The position numbers were made by a program, and so were the translations under genes. The notes under the pieces were generated by a model. That model was not told where the DNA came from and made no database searches. It was given only the letters and a program-made list of their open reading frames with translations. A stretch of DNA of 63,924 nt, the filler included, from Lenisia limosa (Eukaryota > Protista > Breviatea), in the NCBI GenBank assembly GCA_001655205.1. It is 15 parts of 15 records of this genome, joined end to end, with 100 filler letters (N's around TTAATTAATTAA, not from the genome) between each part and the next. Parts side by side here need not be neighbours in the genome. Positions count along the whole stretch, not along the records: positions 61,433 to 62,810 come from LPNZ01002789.1; positions 62,911 to 63,924 come from LPNZ01000365.1; 13 more parts are not named here. The stretch is one strand, 5' to 3'. Positions 61,994 to 63,924 of the stretch are shown here, piece by piece (position 1 is the first letter of the stretch; every line of letters starts with the position of its first letter).

Positions 61994-63924
61994 CTTGCTT
62001 CAATTCAAGGGAAAAGACCAAAACGAAACAACGAAACCGAATTAACTCCCACTATCCGGGTCAACTAATTAAAAAAACCTTGAGTAATTGAGCTCGTAAC
62101 TCTTACTCTTAAAAAAGAGCTTGAATTTCAAAAGAGGCCACTAACATTTGATTACTTTTGATTATACAGGAACCCACCAGGAAATATGTCCCCCCCGCCA
62201 TTATATCTCTTTAAAGCTGAAATCCTTCACAAGTTGCACACAGTACACAGTATACCTTTATTGGCTGCTTGCTTGATTATCGAGAAAAAAAAGCAAAACA
62301 AAACAACAATTCTGCTGCAACATCTCGACATCTCGAGAACACTGGAAAGAAAAGAGTTCCACTAAGAAGCCACCAACAAAGCACCCTCGCACCCTCACTT
62401 CCCCCCTGGTTAGAGATATATGAATATGAATATTGAGTGAATATCAATACTTTGCTTTCAATTTCATCATGTTCTGTGGTTCTGTATTCCCTTTTCTTGT
62501 TTATACTTTTTGCAGTTTTATGTCGGAGTAGAATAAGAAGGAACAGCTGGAGGAGATGAAAGCCTTACCATGTTTCGTTGCCGTCTTCATGGCATTGCTT
62601 TTCCTTGTCCATGGCCAAATGTAAGGATGTCCTTTCATTAATCTCACTTTGGCCTTTTCAAGTGACAAATCACGATTCTTCTTTCTCTTCCGCTAATCTG
62701 AACGTGGATGGGTTGAAACTTGGGGATTCAGGGAATACTTTAGTATATTTATTCCTTCAAGGTCAAAAACCAGATAAGACTCCCCCCCATCCCAGAGCCC
62801 TGAACTTTGTNNNNNNNNNNNNNNNNNNNNNNNNNNNNNNNNNNNNNNNNNNNNTTAATTAATTAANNNNNNNNNNNNNNNNNNNNNNNNNNNNNNNNNN
62901 NNNNNNNNNNGGACAACACACGAGGATTGATAAGCCCAGGCCAGTCGCTTCTGCAAAATTTCCAAGTAATTTTAAAAAAACAACTGTATATCGTATCCTA
63001 TACTATTAGGAGTCAGAAAATGCTCGCATCATGCCAAACCATTACCCAAAATAGCCAAATTACCAAGCATAGCCAAAATACCTTGAGTTGTTGAACGGGC
63101 AGCGACTGGGAAACCTGCATGGGCGGCGGCGGGACTAGGGGCTGGCTTGAAGGGGTGGAGTTAATGCTGGATTGTTAGAAAGGGCTTTTCGCGGGTTTAT
63201 CGAGGATTTATCAGCTGACACGTCCCCATTATCGTCAGCATCACATCCAAAAGGTTCTAAAAGCCGGGAAAATATTGATATTTTTTGGCAAGTACTCCCA
63301 CAAACACTGCTTGGCTGATACTTTTCGGATAGGCGTCAGGAGCAATTACGAAGGTCGATGAATCCGCGCTACTACTTCGTGAGTTTTTGAAAAAGACAAA
63401 TATACATCCTGGGAAAGAAGAAAAAATACATCATATTATTGCACAAAATTAATAGAGGGCGTGAGTTTAGTTTACTTAAAAGAACAAGAAAATAACTGTT
63501 GTCAAGAGGAAAGGAGAGAAGTCCCTCATCAAACCCCCCCCCCCAACCTGCTAAATAAGGACGCTGGAGGCGGAGGGGGTGAGGGGGTTGAAGACACCTT
63601 GTGCATGCCCTAAACGGTTACAAAAAATAGAAATCTGGTTCGTCGAAGAATAAAAAAACACCGATTGTTATTTGTGTGATATATCATATACGCTAGAAGG
63701 GAGCGATTGATTTTTATTTTTTTATTTAAAAGAAGTATAAATTTTAATTGTTTTTATCTGCCTCCTCCTGAGGAGGCAGATAAAATAAGCTAAAAATAGT
63801 AATTTTATTTTATTAACCGCTCACTTAAAATATTTACTTATTAAAAGAAACAAAAAAAAAATCAATCGCGCCATCAGCAATATCCCCCCTCCCTCCAGGG
63901 GGCCAAGGAGTTAAAGGGGGGAGG

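Overview
Fragmented draft genome of an intron-dense eukaryote. The taxon cannot be fixed from sequence alone; a unicellular opisthokont or holozoan is a guess. The window is not one locus. It is 15 contigs joined by 14 artificial 100-bp spacers (44 N + TTAATTAATTAA + 44 N), so gene neighbourhoods are meaningful only within a contig. Recognisable genes are GCN1 (partial), MYG1 (last exon), an EEP-family hydrolase, a FERM/RA-like protein, U1-70K, RBMX2/Ist3, NDC80, RTF2, ZNF706, eEF1B-gamma, PRP16/DHX38 (partial) and DRG1 (partial), plus several unidentified multi-exon genes. One 1-kb contig is an intronless internal fragment of a protein-primed family-B DNA polymerase (Polinton/adintovirus-like). 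Best leads: (1) DRG1 appears to need a single-nucleotide exon (A at 61807, context TAG|A|GTAAGT) to encode its conserved EMART motif. (2) A dispersed intronic repeat family lies sense to its host genes and usually ends at the 3' splice site, as expected of an introner-like element; a second family behaves similarly. (3) Two eEF1B-gamma introns carry paralogous box C/D-like RNAs with 12-14 nt antisense to LSU rRNA. (4) Three tandem duplications straddle splice junctions. (5) A ~96-bp MITE family is dense, about 12 copies. All gene models and protein resemblances were read by eye, without database searches.
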